The translations under genes were made by a program, and so were the position numbers. From positions 20,832,001 through 20,896,000 of the forward strand of contig CM074514.1 in assembly GCA_037379345.1 (NCBI GenBank): a stretch of 64,000 nt of DNA. Direction: 5' to 3'. Shown piece after piece: positions 24,001-36,800 of this stretch. This stretch comes from Perna viridis (Eukaryota). The notes under the pieces were generated by a model. That model had not been told where the DNA came from. It was given only the letters and a program-made list of their open reading frames with translations, and made no database searches. Each line of letters opens with the position of its first letter. Position 1 is the first letter of the stretch.

Positions 24001-26311
24001 TGACGTTAGGACCGATAACATGGCGGTTATTGACTCCGGATTCTTCTGGTGTGAATATATTTGCCCAAGACTTGAGAAGCGAGTTGAACAATTATGTATA
24101 CCCTTCTTTTGTACTGATATTTCCCGTGCTGTGCTTTCTACAGGAGCAACGTGTTTCTTGAACGTTTGTTGTTCCAGAAGTAATTCCACTGCCAATTTGG
24201 TGGCCGAAGTTGGAACGTTGTTCTGTAGACTCGGTTTACATTGGGTGTAAAGGTCAAAAAGAGTTATCAAAGTTCCCAGTAAGAAAGGTTTTGTGTCTGA
24301 TAATGAGTTTGAAATGACCGTTGCGCGCATTTAGGATTTCTTTTATGTAAATTTTATAAATGATAGTAAATAATTGTAAAATCGAGATGTGTTCTAATTT
24401 GTAGGCTGTCGAACGTCCATTCAAGACATAGATTGGCAGGCAATACAAGGACGAGTTAGAGAGTTGGGTGAGAGAACAGTGTACTCTAAGTCGTCGAAAA
24501 GGAAAAATAGCCTTCATGATGTGTTTGAACAATTTCTTAGGCAATCTGATAAAATTTTGCTGTCTTGTACTCCAATTGATGTCAGAAATGTTTTGATCTG
24601 GAAAGATAAATTTGGGAAGACAATTGTTCACAATGTACAGCGTAAATATCTAGGACAGGAAGGTAAATTTGACTGTATCTGTCCAAGACGATTGTCATCT
24701 GGAACTGTTGAAAATATTATTGTGCAGCTTAAAGCAATATTTTAGGAGGCAGGTTTAAGTAGAACCTGGGATATATTATCTCAGTCTGGAAATCCGACAT
24801 CGGCTCCATTAATAAAGGATGATTTAAAACTTATACAAGAAGAACAGACAAAGGCACACATATTACCAAAACAAGCTAAGCCAATATTTTTAACAAAATT
24901 TAAGGCTATGGTTTCCTTTATTCATAGGGAATCTTTGAGTAATTTATCAGCCAAAGAGAAATTTATTCTCTATAGAGATCAAGCATGGTTTAAATTGCAG
25001 TTTTTTTTGCAGGGGATCGTGCTAGCGATCTTTCGATTGTTGTTGCACAAGAAGTTGAACTTTTGAATGATGAGTCTGGCATTGTTTTCCGACATACGTT
25101 TGGGAAGACTCTAAGAGGTGAAAAGGGGAAAAACAATACATTTGTGATAAAGAAATGTGATGGTCTTGAAATCTGTCCAGTAAATGGGATTGATTTACTA
25201 TGTACAGTTTTGAAAATCATATGGAGTTGATCTGTCCACTGGATACCTGTTCAGAATAAGAACGAAAGGGGGTAAAGTTCTTGACCAGGCTGTTAGTTAC
25301 TCAGTAATGTATGAGAGGCTGCTGTATTACTTATCAACTCAGGGCATTTATGAGGGTGAAACCCCACATAGTTTCCGTTCTACGTGTGCAGTAAAAATGG
25401 CCTTGTCAGACTCTGCTGGTAGTGTTGATCAAGCTATGAATCATATAGGTTGGTTTGGGAAAGCCAGTGCAGAGTATTATAGTCGTGTGAATACTCTTGT
25501 TGATGCTGGGGTAGTGGCATCGAATGAATCTCGCGAAATCGACAGGGCATGCTGAGAATTATGAAATGAAATACAGGGATAAAGCAAATTATTCCGCACT
25601 GAAGAATTTGTTTTAAATTTGGACAAAGGGGAATAATTCGGAATATTTTTGTGTAAAATGTTGATTAAATTGAGATAGAATTAATTTTGTTTTAGGCAGG
25701 GACAATATATACGGTCCGTGTTTTCGGTATTTTTTTCTTTCTTTTTGAGTTTTGGGAAGAAGGTTTCTATTTTCATTAATTTTAGACGATTTTTTTAAGC
25801 AGTAGGGAGATCATGTGAAGTTTTATTGCCCATAACTTAAAATGAACTGAATGCAAAAGATATTGAACACTGTGGATAAGGTATGATCCTCATTGGATAA
25901 TAGCTTTGGCGGAAGTACATGTGACCTATTCCCATTCTCTCCACACATACAATGGAGTTTCATGTGAGTGTACAACGTAGACATATTTCATGTGATTTTG
26001 CATCCCCAATCCTAATGGTACCCTCCCATGGTTTGTGTAATAATTTGTACCAAAATGTGATCATTATATTGTTTTAACAAATAAATGTGGTTAATGGTGT
26101 TTTATAGGTTATATATATAGGATTTAAAATGAAGTAGAAGCAATTTATTTAAAAATGAATTTGCTGTTGTTTTATTATTTATTTCTTCTTCGTCACATTT
26201 TGATACAACCAAGTTGTCGATATCTTATTGCGTTCAGTCTTGTGAAGTTTTATTGCCCATAACTTAACGTGAACTGAACGCAAAAGACATCGAACACTGT
26301 GGATAGGGTAT
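21046..26311 (+). mobile_element. DIRS-order tyrosine-recombinase retrotransposon, PAT-like (RT-RH-MT, YR; split direct repeats A1...B1-A2...B2), decayed
   Basis: RT YIDD (~23340) and FLGF; RNase H TDDSG, IHVKEANA, VRTDN; frameshifted DAM-like MT segment SGVNIFAQDL..NYVYPSFVLI..VVP..PIWWPKL (~24035-24210); YR with AGDRASDL, TPHSFR, HIGW..AEYY (to 25555). A1 21046-21099 matches A2 25885-25938; B1 25814-25884 matches B2 26241-26311. Confidence 0.9.
21230..21365. repeat. 28-bp minisatellite (gggtcagaaatgagaatttagaccaaga, ~4-5 copies) in the 5' region of the DIRS element
   Basis: Direct inspection. Confidence 0.85.
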
Positions 26312-28919
26312 AATCAAGGATAATGATACATTATTACATATTTTTTATAAGTTGTTTCCATGTTTTTGAATAGAACTTTGAAGTTTATTTTCAATTGATC
26401 TCCCCGTTAAAAATTTCACAATATGCTTCATTTTGACGTAGACTATTAAAGAGTAAAATTTCTGTGAACTGATTGATCGCCAGTACATTATTAAGTTAAA
26501 AACAAGCTCTCTAAAGTGTGTACCACCACAGAAATTGTTTATTAAACAGTTATTCCTTCAATGTAAAATCTACAAAGTTAGATCAAATTTATATTGTTTT
26601 TTTTTTTTAATCTGAACATTGGAGTAATAAAATATTTTATAAACCAAATATATTTTTAAAATAAATTGAGATTGGAACTAAAATATAACCGGAAAACTTG
26701 AAAGACTTTTAAATTTTTTACCCGTGGCCAACTGTCAATAAATAAGTTTCTGTATATCCGTTTTGACTGTTTCAATGAAAACTTAAAAAAAATGTTGTGT
26801 TGAATGACTTAAATCACTTCACTAATTTTTAATTAAACCACTGATATATTTACGCAGTTCGCACAACAACCAATCAAGTAAAAGCTTGACAGTACAGTTT
26901 GATCTGACGGACCTGCCCATGCGCAAATCTTAAGCATTTCTAAAACCCATTGGCATGTTTACGCAGTTCGTACTTCATAGGGCACACAAAGCGAGTAAGA
27001 AGGTGGTGAATATATCTTCCATATTGATTCTTTATTTGTGCTTCAATAGCTTAGTCAAAATTGTTTTATTAATTTAACATAAATCATGATTGTACTTTCG
27101 TAAGCGAGACTTTCTTATCTTATCAGCATCAACATTTTAAGTATATAATGTCCGTAGGAAGAGCTGTAAATATTGAGGAATATTCCGAAGCTGGAAGATG
27201 TAACTTCCCTATTTTAATTTTTTGATGTAACGTAAAGTTTACTGATTACCAGTTTATAGCTACTCAATACTACTTGGTTTCCTTAGAGAGGCACAATTAC
27301 AGGTAACTCGAGGATATTCAACTGTGATGTCAATTATGTCATATTATATTTGTTTTTACGGGTGTAGTCATTAGACATATGATTCATCATCCCCCAAAAG
27401 CGAAAGAAAATAGGGGATGGTATATGTGAGTTATCAAGACATTATGCACGCTAATTTTTTGTCCGAGTTTAAGGGCACGACTTCTTTCTCCATCTGCACC
27501 ATGTAATATATACACTGTGTTCTTTGAAGATTCAATGTATATGATTTTTTTGCAGGAAATTGATTGTCAGTGTGTTTCCTGTTTGAAGAAATTCTTTAAA
27601 ATTAGTTCTTATACTAGAAATAACAATATCAGGTTCTATGATGTATTTAACTTTAATAACAAGACAATACTCTAGTATAAGTGAATAGCGCAAAGCTGTC
27701 AATTTGTACCATAAGTGTTATTAAACCACAAAAGGAAGGCTGATATGGACTTGAAATAAAAGATGACCAGAAAATAGTTTGAGTACATTTTAAATTATCT
27801 CAGAACTGAGTTTACATACTAGTATTCGACATGTACATGTACGTGTAGTACGAGTACTTCCATTTACATGTATACATGCTGTACACGCGGACCCAGTACA
27901 AGTTCGTATTTCACTGTGAGTATATGTATGAATCATTGTTGCAGGATATTGATTGTTATGATGTTACATATTTGTTTGAAGAAGTTCATTCTTTAATAAG
28001 AACCAAATAGAGTCTTGTGTCTTATTTTACTAGCAATAAAATGTTTAGGTCTTACATGGTTCCACAAGGCAAGAGTTGTAAGTTTAGTTATTACAATGAT
28101 TTAATTATATCTAGCATAATAATGCAATATCAAGCAGACATCTTTATAAACAGGCATTCATAAAATGCCAAAAATTCTCCACGTATTGGGGCTACATGCA
28201 TATGTAATTACAACTACAATTTATTAGAAGCAATTGAGTGACCAAGATTACCTGCATCTGAAGAGTACATGCATTATTTCCCTTTATGTATCTACAAAAA
28301 GGAGCTCTGAACTGTCTTAAGTGTGCAACTGGTAATGTTAAAAATATACTTTTTTATTTGTTCCAGTATAACTTTTTTTTTAATTTACAGAGGCCTACTC
28401 TAATACATTGGACATTTTTGTAATATCGATATCTATATTGCCTTATCATAGTACTCATAGTATAATCTGAGAGGGTTTTCTATAGCTACAGCATGTACTA
28501 CAAAGTGTTATGTATGGTTTTCAAGATGAAAGTCTATGTTCACACTACACACAATTACTTGAAAACTCTTCCTTCAATTTTTATAAAATTTGATTAATTG
28601 TCGTTTTTTATTTGACTTAGAAAAGTTTGTTGTCACATAATGATTTTACACTGTCGTCCCTTTTGTCAATGCATGTCCACAGACACTGAATTTCATGTTA
28701 TAATTAAATGTAATATAAATATTAGTTAGTTTCTGAAGTTTTCAAATCCAAAAGGAAGGTACGTATTGATTTTTGGAGATGTGGCCTTAACCATTAGGGA
28801 ATTGAGGGCCAAAAGCAAGCATTTCATAGAATTGAACTATATACATGTAGCTCAAGTAAAAAACAGACTTGACACTTATCCACACTTGTTAAAATAAGCA
28901 ATAATTCATTTGTTTGTTA

Positions 28920-29583
28920 AGCACTTTTCTACCACTACTGACTCTGTGAAGTCAGCCTCATATCTTGACCTACACTTAGAGGTCGATGGTAAAGGAAATA
29001 TATTGACCAAACTATACGACAAACGTGACGACTTTTCATTCTGTATTGTCAACTTTCCTTTCATGTGTTGCAACAGCCCTTCAGCACTTGCGTATGGAGT
29101 TTTCATATCAAAACTCATGCGTTATGCCAGAGCTTGCCGTAGCTGCACAACCTTTATATCGCGCAAGAATTCTCACAAATAGGCTTCTGGAGCAGGATTA
29201 TTTTGCTACAATTCATCACTACAGAAGTTTTATGGTCGTCATCATGAACTTGTGGTTCGTTACGGTATATCCATCTGCATCATGAAAACTGATTTTTTCA
29301 ACGTGTCTTAGTTTTCCTTTCCCCTTTCTTCTACCCTAGACTTGACTTTTTATGAGCAACTCGGCGGGTGTTTCTAGAAAAGCAGAGGATGTTACCCCTA
29401 CCGGTGCACCTGGTCCATGCTCCCAGTTTTTAGTGGATACTGACTTGCTCATTTACTTTGTATGTATTATTTTGCTTATTTTATGTTTTTTGTTGTGTGT
29501 GTCTATTTCCCATGTCTGATCTTTGTCCCTGGATTACATTCTTTTGATTTCCGCTAGAATCTTGGTTCCGTTGAATACGCTCT
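28920..29583 (+). mobile_element. 5'-truncated Penelope-like retroelement (RT C-terminus plus 3' tail), probably Naiad-type
   Basis: [77 protein letters not shown] (TAG 29309-29311); PLE-type RT thumb that ends without a following GIY-YIG domain. Confidence 0.85.
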
Positions 29584-29596
29584 TACATGTGGGACA

Positions 29597-29753
29597 ATTA
29601 AGAAATAAATCACGGAAACTCCATTTTTTTTACCACGGCCTGGCCATTTGTCACATTGTTTATAACCCCTCGATATCGAAGTTACGACATAAATAGTCAG
29701 CCCGTCGTAAAACGGTGATAAAATGATAAAATGGAATTTATTTCGATTCTAAT
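29597..29753. repeat. Imperfect palindromic (foldback/MITE-like) element
   Basis: attaagaaataaat...ccatttt vs aaaatggaatttatttcgattctaat form loose inverted arms. Confidence 0.4.
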
Positions 29754-30474
29754 ATGACCAGTTTTTTTCGTATTTTTTAATGGACACGATCTATGTGTAG
29801 CACGAAATGTTGGTCACGTGTTTATCACTTATTTTTACCATGATTGAGCTTTAAAGCACGTCATATTTGAATCAGAACTTTTTGTGCGAGACAAACAGTA
29901 CAATGAAAAATTTCAAGAGTGGAAAAAGCAGGAATAAACCATAAGTTTACACTCTATGTAAAATTGAAGAAGTAAACAATAATTATTGAAAAGATTGGTT
30001 ATTTGAAAACAAGTGAACTGATTCTATTGTAGATTATCCATGACCACAATTTAATTTCATTGCTACTTGTATCTACTACGCAATGCAGCGAATCTTGTGT
30101 ATATTTGGCTTTAAATCCTCTTGTATATTGTAAATTCTTTCAGTGATCGAAAGTTATTTATCGTGTATTCTTTGAATGCCCATACTAACAAGAAATATTA
30201 ATTTGATTGTTGTCAATTTATTAAAGATAAATATTAAAGACAACTCTATACAATAAATTACAATATCACAGAAATCCATAGAAAGACACACATGTGACCG
30301 GGACTTTCTTGCAACTTACTTAATAATCAATGGGTATATAACTACATCCTTGCACACTCGACGTTAGATATGTACATGTAATAACTCGTTCCAATAGCAG
30401 ATAATCCAAATACACCTCATTCACTACCTACTTACAAGAACCACATAAAGAAGATACAGACATACTGTTTATCA

Positions 30475-30663
30475 AAATAATCACTATCGCAGCTCACATA
30501 CAACAGCATATCAACGTCAAATTCTAGCCATTTATACAAATAATCACAACCGTAGCTCACATACAATAGCATATCAACGTCAAATTCTAGCCATTTATAC
30601 AAATAATCACAACCGTATCTCACATACAATAGCATATCAACGTCAAATTCCAGCCATTTATAC
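30475..30663. repeat. 63-bp tandem repeat x3 downstream of the cyclase stop codon (likely 3' UTR)
   Basis: Units start at 30475, 30538 and 30601 and are near-identical. Confidence 0.92.
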
Positions 30664-30897
30664 AATGTAATCTAGGTTATGCACATTTCGTCAGTATTAG
30701 ACAAGATGGCAACTGAAACATGATTGTTAAATTGTTTCAGCTCCACATAACAATAACAGGTATTTATTGTGGCATCTGATAGAGATTATTTTCTCTCCAT
30801 TCACCGTTTATTTAACAGTACTTCCACTGACTACCGATGCGCTGATGTCCACTACCACATTAGTTAGTGTTGTTTCTTTTGAATGATTCAGTAAACA

Positions 30898-33800
30898 CTA
30901 TACAATCTCTTCTGCATCATGGCCAACAAAGCCAGCATTATTTACGGGCCAAGTCACATTTATTAACGGTAACTTATCCTCAATTGAATCAACAGAGATC
31001 TGTGGACGGATTGTGCTTGATGAGTTATTAGAAACATTACATTGTGTACATGGTAAAGCGTTGACAATATTGCCGTTATGTTCTCGTGAGTCCATCACTT
31101 TCTTTAGATCTTTAACCTGAGACGGGTCTATTTGTTTTACAAAACCGTTGCAGTGTTTATTACTATTGTTGTACATTAGGTAGTTGTCATGGTAACACGT
31201 CGGGTACGTGGTATGGTCTATTTCTAGATTTGATCTTTTGTCGTAGTTCGAATACACTGACAACATCGATATCCTTTGTTGTCTAACACTAGTGTCCTCG
31301 TGTTCAAGAAAATATGTAAACTTTTCACCCTTTCCCTGGAATGGTTATAAAATGATTCTTTAAATATTATAAAGAATATCTTTCTGTGTGAGGCATAATA
31401 AAGAAAATATTAGAAAGTAAAACCATTGCATTGTCAATGGAAGTTAAAGTAATAGCGCGCTCGAAGAGATATTTGTAATTCGACAATAAAGACAAGAAAA
31501 CACACAAGAAAACAGACAAAAAAAAATGCATGTCACAACTTAACTACAGTGTAATTGATTAAAAAAAAGAACACTAACAGAAAACAGAATTAAACAGACT
31601 TGTATTGTGGACGAGGTGCACCAGTAGTGTACTCGTCCTATGCTTTTCTGGAAACACCCAGTTATTCATTCTGGGTAAAAACGAAAGATAGTAAACAAAG
31701 AAATTGTGAAAAATCTGTTTATATGGTAGACATGTCGACTGTAAAACGTTTAAATAAGGGCTTCTTGAGACTTCTCTAGTTGCAATATGACCTTGTTGCA
31801 ATAGTTTTTTTTGCACGAAAAAAAAAAAGAATACAAAAAACAAAACTGTATAGCCTCGCAGAATCTTGCATGTCGCTTGAGCTGGGATATTTGAACAGAT
31901 ATACAGCACGGGGTGAATGTGTATGGTCATATAAAAGCAAATATCAGATGCTAAGGTTATCAGTTTAAGTGGCATAAAATGATAAAAAAAATACTTCAGA
32001 GTAGAAAGATACCACTGAAGTTTCTTTATCAAAAGTTGTAACTGAACAGCAATTCATCACTTTATTCAAGTTAATTTTTGTTCTCATACTTTGCAGACTA
32101 GTAAATATTATTATTTATTATATAAATAGCAATGATCTATCGAATGTTCCCAGTGTAATTTTGTTTTCGATAATTCACACTGTGAAATAAATTCGGTAAT
32201 TTCACACTCGAGCTTTCTCCCGCCAAAACGTCACAAAACTTTAAATTAATGTTGAAAATAACAATGAATAATGGAGGAAATCTATGTAATAAATAGGATA
32301 ATCAATTGGTTATCGTGAATAACCAAAATATGATCACTCGTGTCAAGAACGCATTAAGATTTAACTTGTGCGCGGAACAAGTTTCGCACACTCGTTATAT
32401 TTAGGCGTTCTTCGGCACTCGTGATCATATTTTGGTTATTCACTCTTCCCAATTAATTATCCCATTAGTAAATTCCTAGTACCAGAGCAAAATGCTAAAG
32501 GACTTGTAATTTTACCTTCATATTGACGAATCCTCTTTCCGATAAATTGTATCCACCTAAAATTTCCAGAATTCCTTTGCACTCTTTACTACAGTGTATT
32601 CTCAAAGCTAAAAAACAACAAGAAATCAATTGATATAAAAACAAGAAACAAATTCTTTGTTCGTTCTTTTGTTTATAATTATGAAAACTAGAGGCTATAG
32701 AGAGCCTGAATCGCTCACCTGGTAAAAAATAGTCTTTATAGCTTTCTAAAGCTGGACTCTTGACCTTACCGTACTATTGTAACGAGGATCGTTTAATTAA
32801 TACAGGACATCTTAGTTATCCACTCAGTTTTCATATTATAAAATAAATCTCTAATTGTTATTTTTTCTCTTCAAGGGCAATAACTCCAACATTGTGTAAC
32901 AGACCTTTATAAAAAATTCAGCATATATCGGTCTCACCATGCTGATCAATTCCCCCTAGACAATTAGGCTAAACCCTTATGTTTTCCAGTTATTTCAACA
33001 AGTCGTCAATTTTTATTAGTGGTGGCCATGCTTTCGACAGATAAAAAGAATTGTTAAGAATATCCTAACAAACATGCATGCAATGTCTAGTTACAATCCA
33101 TCCTGCAAGCTAAGAGGAGACTTTAAAAAAAAAATCCATTTCAGGGCCTATACATGTAATTCTCATTCATTTGTCAACGGATGTTTCTAAAAATTTCGTC
33201 ATTCACGTACATGTACATGTAGGTAATCGGATCATACTTAACAATTTTAATCCCTGCCAGATTATAGCTAAACCCAACTGTTTTCGAGTTATTTTGATAA
33301 TTCTTCATTTTGAGCCGTATGGTTTATTTTTAATAACGGTGGCCACATTTTTTGCAAGATCTGAAATCCTCACACTTGATTGTTAAACATGTTCTACCTA
33401 AAATTTATGCAAAGTTTGGTTTCAATCCATCCAGTAGTTTTAGAGGAGAAGATTTTAAAATTGGAAATAAGAAATTCGGGAAAAAAATCATTTCAGGACC
33501 CACAACTCATTCATTCGTCAACGGATCTTTCTGAAAATTTCGGCATAGGTCCATCCTACCATGCTGAACAATTTTATCTGAAAACAAATTTTTGCTAAAC
33601 CCAACTGTTTTTGAGTTATTGGCATAATTCTACAATTTGACCTTTATGGTCTATTTTTATTAACGGCGGCAACGTTTTTTTGCCAGATCAAAAAATCCCC
33701 ACACAAGGATTGTTAAAAATACCCTAAGGATCATTCTTGCAAAGCCAATTTTGGTTACATTCTATTAAGTAGTTTCAGAGGAGAAGATATTTGAAAAAAG

Positions 33801-36800
33801 TTTACGGACGACGACGACGGACGACGGACACATAGTAATGGCAATAGCTCACATCGCCTTTCGGTCAGATGAGCTAAAAATGTATTACGTATGGGGATAT
33901 TGAGGAGTGTAACGTCGGCAAATTGAGTAACTAGCTATTAAAATCTTAAAACATTTAACTACACTGAAGCAGTCAAAAATTTCTGCTTAATGATGACCAT
34001 TTAAAATTTACATATTTGTAAACATTGATGGTACCAATCGTTGAACTAATACCATGCTTCAAGGAAAGGGATTATGAATACTTTTAGTTATATATTATAT
34101 TTACAAGTATTGGTACAATTGTAATCAAGAGCAGCTATATCAAGCGACATTAGAAAACTTTCTTTATCCACGCCTAATCATTAACGGATTCGATCCCTTA
34201 ATAATTTATAAATCTGAATGAAGTATATCATATATCTAAATATTTAGTCCTTATTTGCAAACACGTTTTTGATCTATGAGCTAAGTGATGAACGATTTTT
34301 ATAATCCTAAAATTAAACCCAAATTTATAGGAGTTACAACAGGTCGAGACCAGTAGTTTTGCTCCTATTTATTTTGCATTTGAAACGTAAAAGAACTTAA
34401 ATGCTGAATAAATGCTATTGTGGTTATAAATAAAAAAAATATACATATAGAATTCAATTAATAAATTTGGTCTGAACTGTACCTACCTTTTAATAATACC
34501 ATGTATTATCTATTGATTAAGAGTTATGAATAAATCACGTTTAATAATTTGTCGCATATTCATGCATTCATTAGTTCTACTATATAGTTAGTTCATTTAA
34601 GTTAATTTCATTCTGATTGTTAAAGTGATATGCAATACTTTTGTAACACAAGAATACTGTAGATTTTTATGTAATGAGATAGACTATTTAACAATGTTTA
34701 GCGAAACATATAACGCGAATTGATATGGTGAGTATGTCAAAAAGAAAACAACCCCATCTTGGGATGAAAAATGTGAGCTCCAAACCATGCTCAGAGTATG
34801 CTCAAAGGGCTGACGAAGCAAAGAAGCTGACAAAACCGTGGATAAAATCAACCACACAAAAAGGCCCAAAGTCAACACATTTTACAAATTTATAAACCAC
34901 ACTACAAATAGCTAGGATAACATATGCTTAAGTCTATACTGATAAATCTTTGCTACGGTTGACAACCAGTTTACATTAACTCCACGAGACCCGACAGCCA
35001 CATCAACAAAAATGTCTTACGCTGAAAAATGTACCTTCAGTGCCTATGTTAATTTTACCTAGATAAAAAAACAAGCGCACTGATGATCAATACTAAGAAT
35101 CAAGCACAAAATAGAAGCAAACAACAGGTTCAATAGTCAGCAAGCGTCTTTGCAAGATAAACTAAAGCATTGGTGGATGGGCATCACATTGACTGATAAA
35201 TTCATAACTGCGTTACTTAAGCTTTTGAAGTACAAAGTAACCTAAATAGAACTACAGTGATCCAAATGTGTTTTGTTTCTCTCATACGTTTAGCCCTGCA
35301 TAAATGGTGCAAACTCTTTTCTTATTCCATACACTTTGTTCACAAAGGCCGGTAATTATCTTGGTCACTTACGTAGTCCTGTGGTTTCCATCCGAGAAGC
35401 TGTATTAATAGTATCACCAAATAATGTATATCTAGGCATTTTCAGTCCTACAACACCGGCAACACAAGGTCCTTCAAACAGAAATCAGTTTTCAAAATGA
35501 TAGAAAGTTCGAGATTAGTACTCACATTTATTTTCAAGCATTATTTTAATCTCATTTATTGACTTAAAAGTATCAAGAAATGTCATGAAATATATAACTT
35601 GCAAAAGGTATCGGATATCCTTTTCCTTAGCTCACAATACAATACCTGTGGTAAATTCTAGTACACAAATTTTCATATTTAAGGACTTTGGGAATCCAAC
35701 TTCAACAATTACCAGAATGAATTCCAATACGAAGTTTAAGTGTATCATTTGGTCTGTGTTTGATCCTGAATGATTTGATGGCTGATAGTAGATGTAAAGA
35801 CATAGAAGCGATCTCGCCAGCATGGTTGTTGCCATTCCTTATTGGTAGACCACTGACCACCATGTATGCATCTCCAATAGTCTCAACTTTGTATACGTCA
35901 TAATGACCAATGATCGAATCAAAACAAGTGTACAGATCGTTCAGCATGTCAATTACCTAAAACAAATATGATATGTGAAAAAATACCTATTTAGTATAGT
36001 TAATGTCCGTTATGAACACTGAGTAAAAAGTAGAAATTTCAGGGATGGTCGTGCATATTGTTTAAACGTCATTAAGTGCAAAATTGTTAATTCATTACAG
36101 AATCCAGAAGCTTTACTTTTCTATTTTCAAATTAATTTGTTTACGACTCAGTTTTATTGAATTGCATGTTAATGAAATTTTAAGGTTTCATTTTGCTTTT
36201 GCAGTGATAGAAAGTAAATTGAAAATACCGATTTGCATAATCTTCTACTAAGACTTCAAGAAATGTCGGCTTAATATTGATTAAAAACACATGAAATACA
36301 AACAAACAAAAATGTACTTCAATGGTTATCTTAAAGGAATCTTAGATGTTTTCCTTGAATTTATATGACACAAAAGATTGAGTGTAAAAGTGTACACACA
36401 AAATACCTGCATAGGTGTGCTTTCAGCAGATAGGGAGGTAAATCCTACAATATCACTGAAATAAACTGATACACAATCGTAGTGCTCTGGTTCTACCATT
36501 TCACCGTTACGCAACTGGTTAGCAACTGATCTGAAAACATACAGGTGTGAAAACATGCAGATGTATATAATACATGTTTCTGTTCTCCATAAAACGAGGT
36601 TTCAACTTGAAATTTAATAACTGGAAATACTGCTTATGCTGCTTTATTCATTTAAAGAAATTAAAGTGGGTAATTTGAGCAAATGATTCTATTATTTAAT
36701 GTTGGGTATGGAGAATGTTTGATTGGTTGGTATATTAAGTAGTGCTCCAGCTAAGAATCATACCATGCAACATGTGATTCATGTGTAAAAAGCCTACATA

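Noticed and set aside
23941-24631. Minus-strand ORFs of 129 and 125 aa
   Set aside because: Antisense shadows of the DIRS MT and YR coding regions.
28920-29583. Hammerhead ribozyme expected near Penelope-like termini
   Set aside because: By-eye scan found no CUGANGA...GAAA core with flanking stems near any copy; a covariance-model search would be needed to exclude it formally.
30432-30665. 77-aa ORF with 21-aa repeats
   Set aside because: Product of the 63-bp tandem repeat; no splice connection to the cyclase CDS, which has its own stop at 30898.
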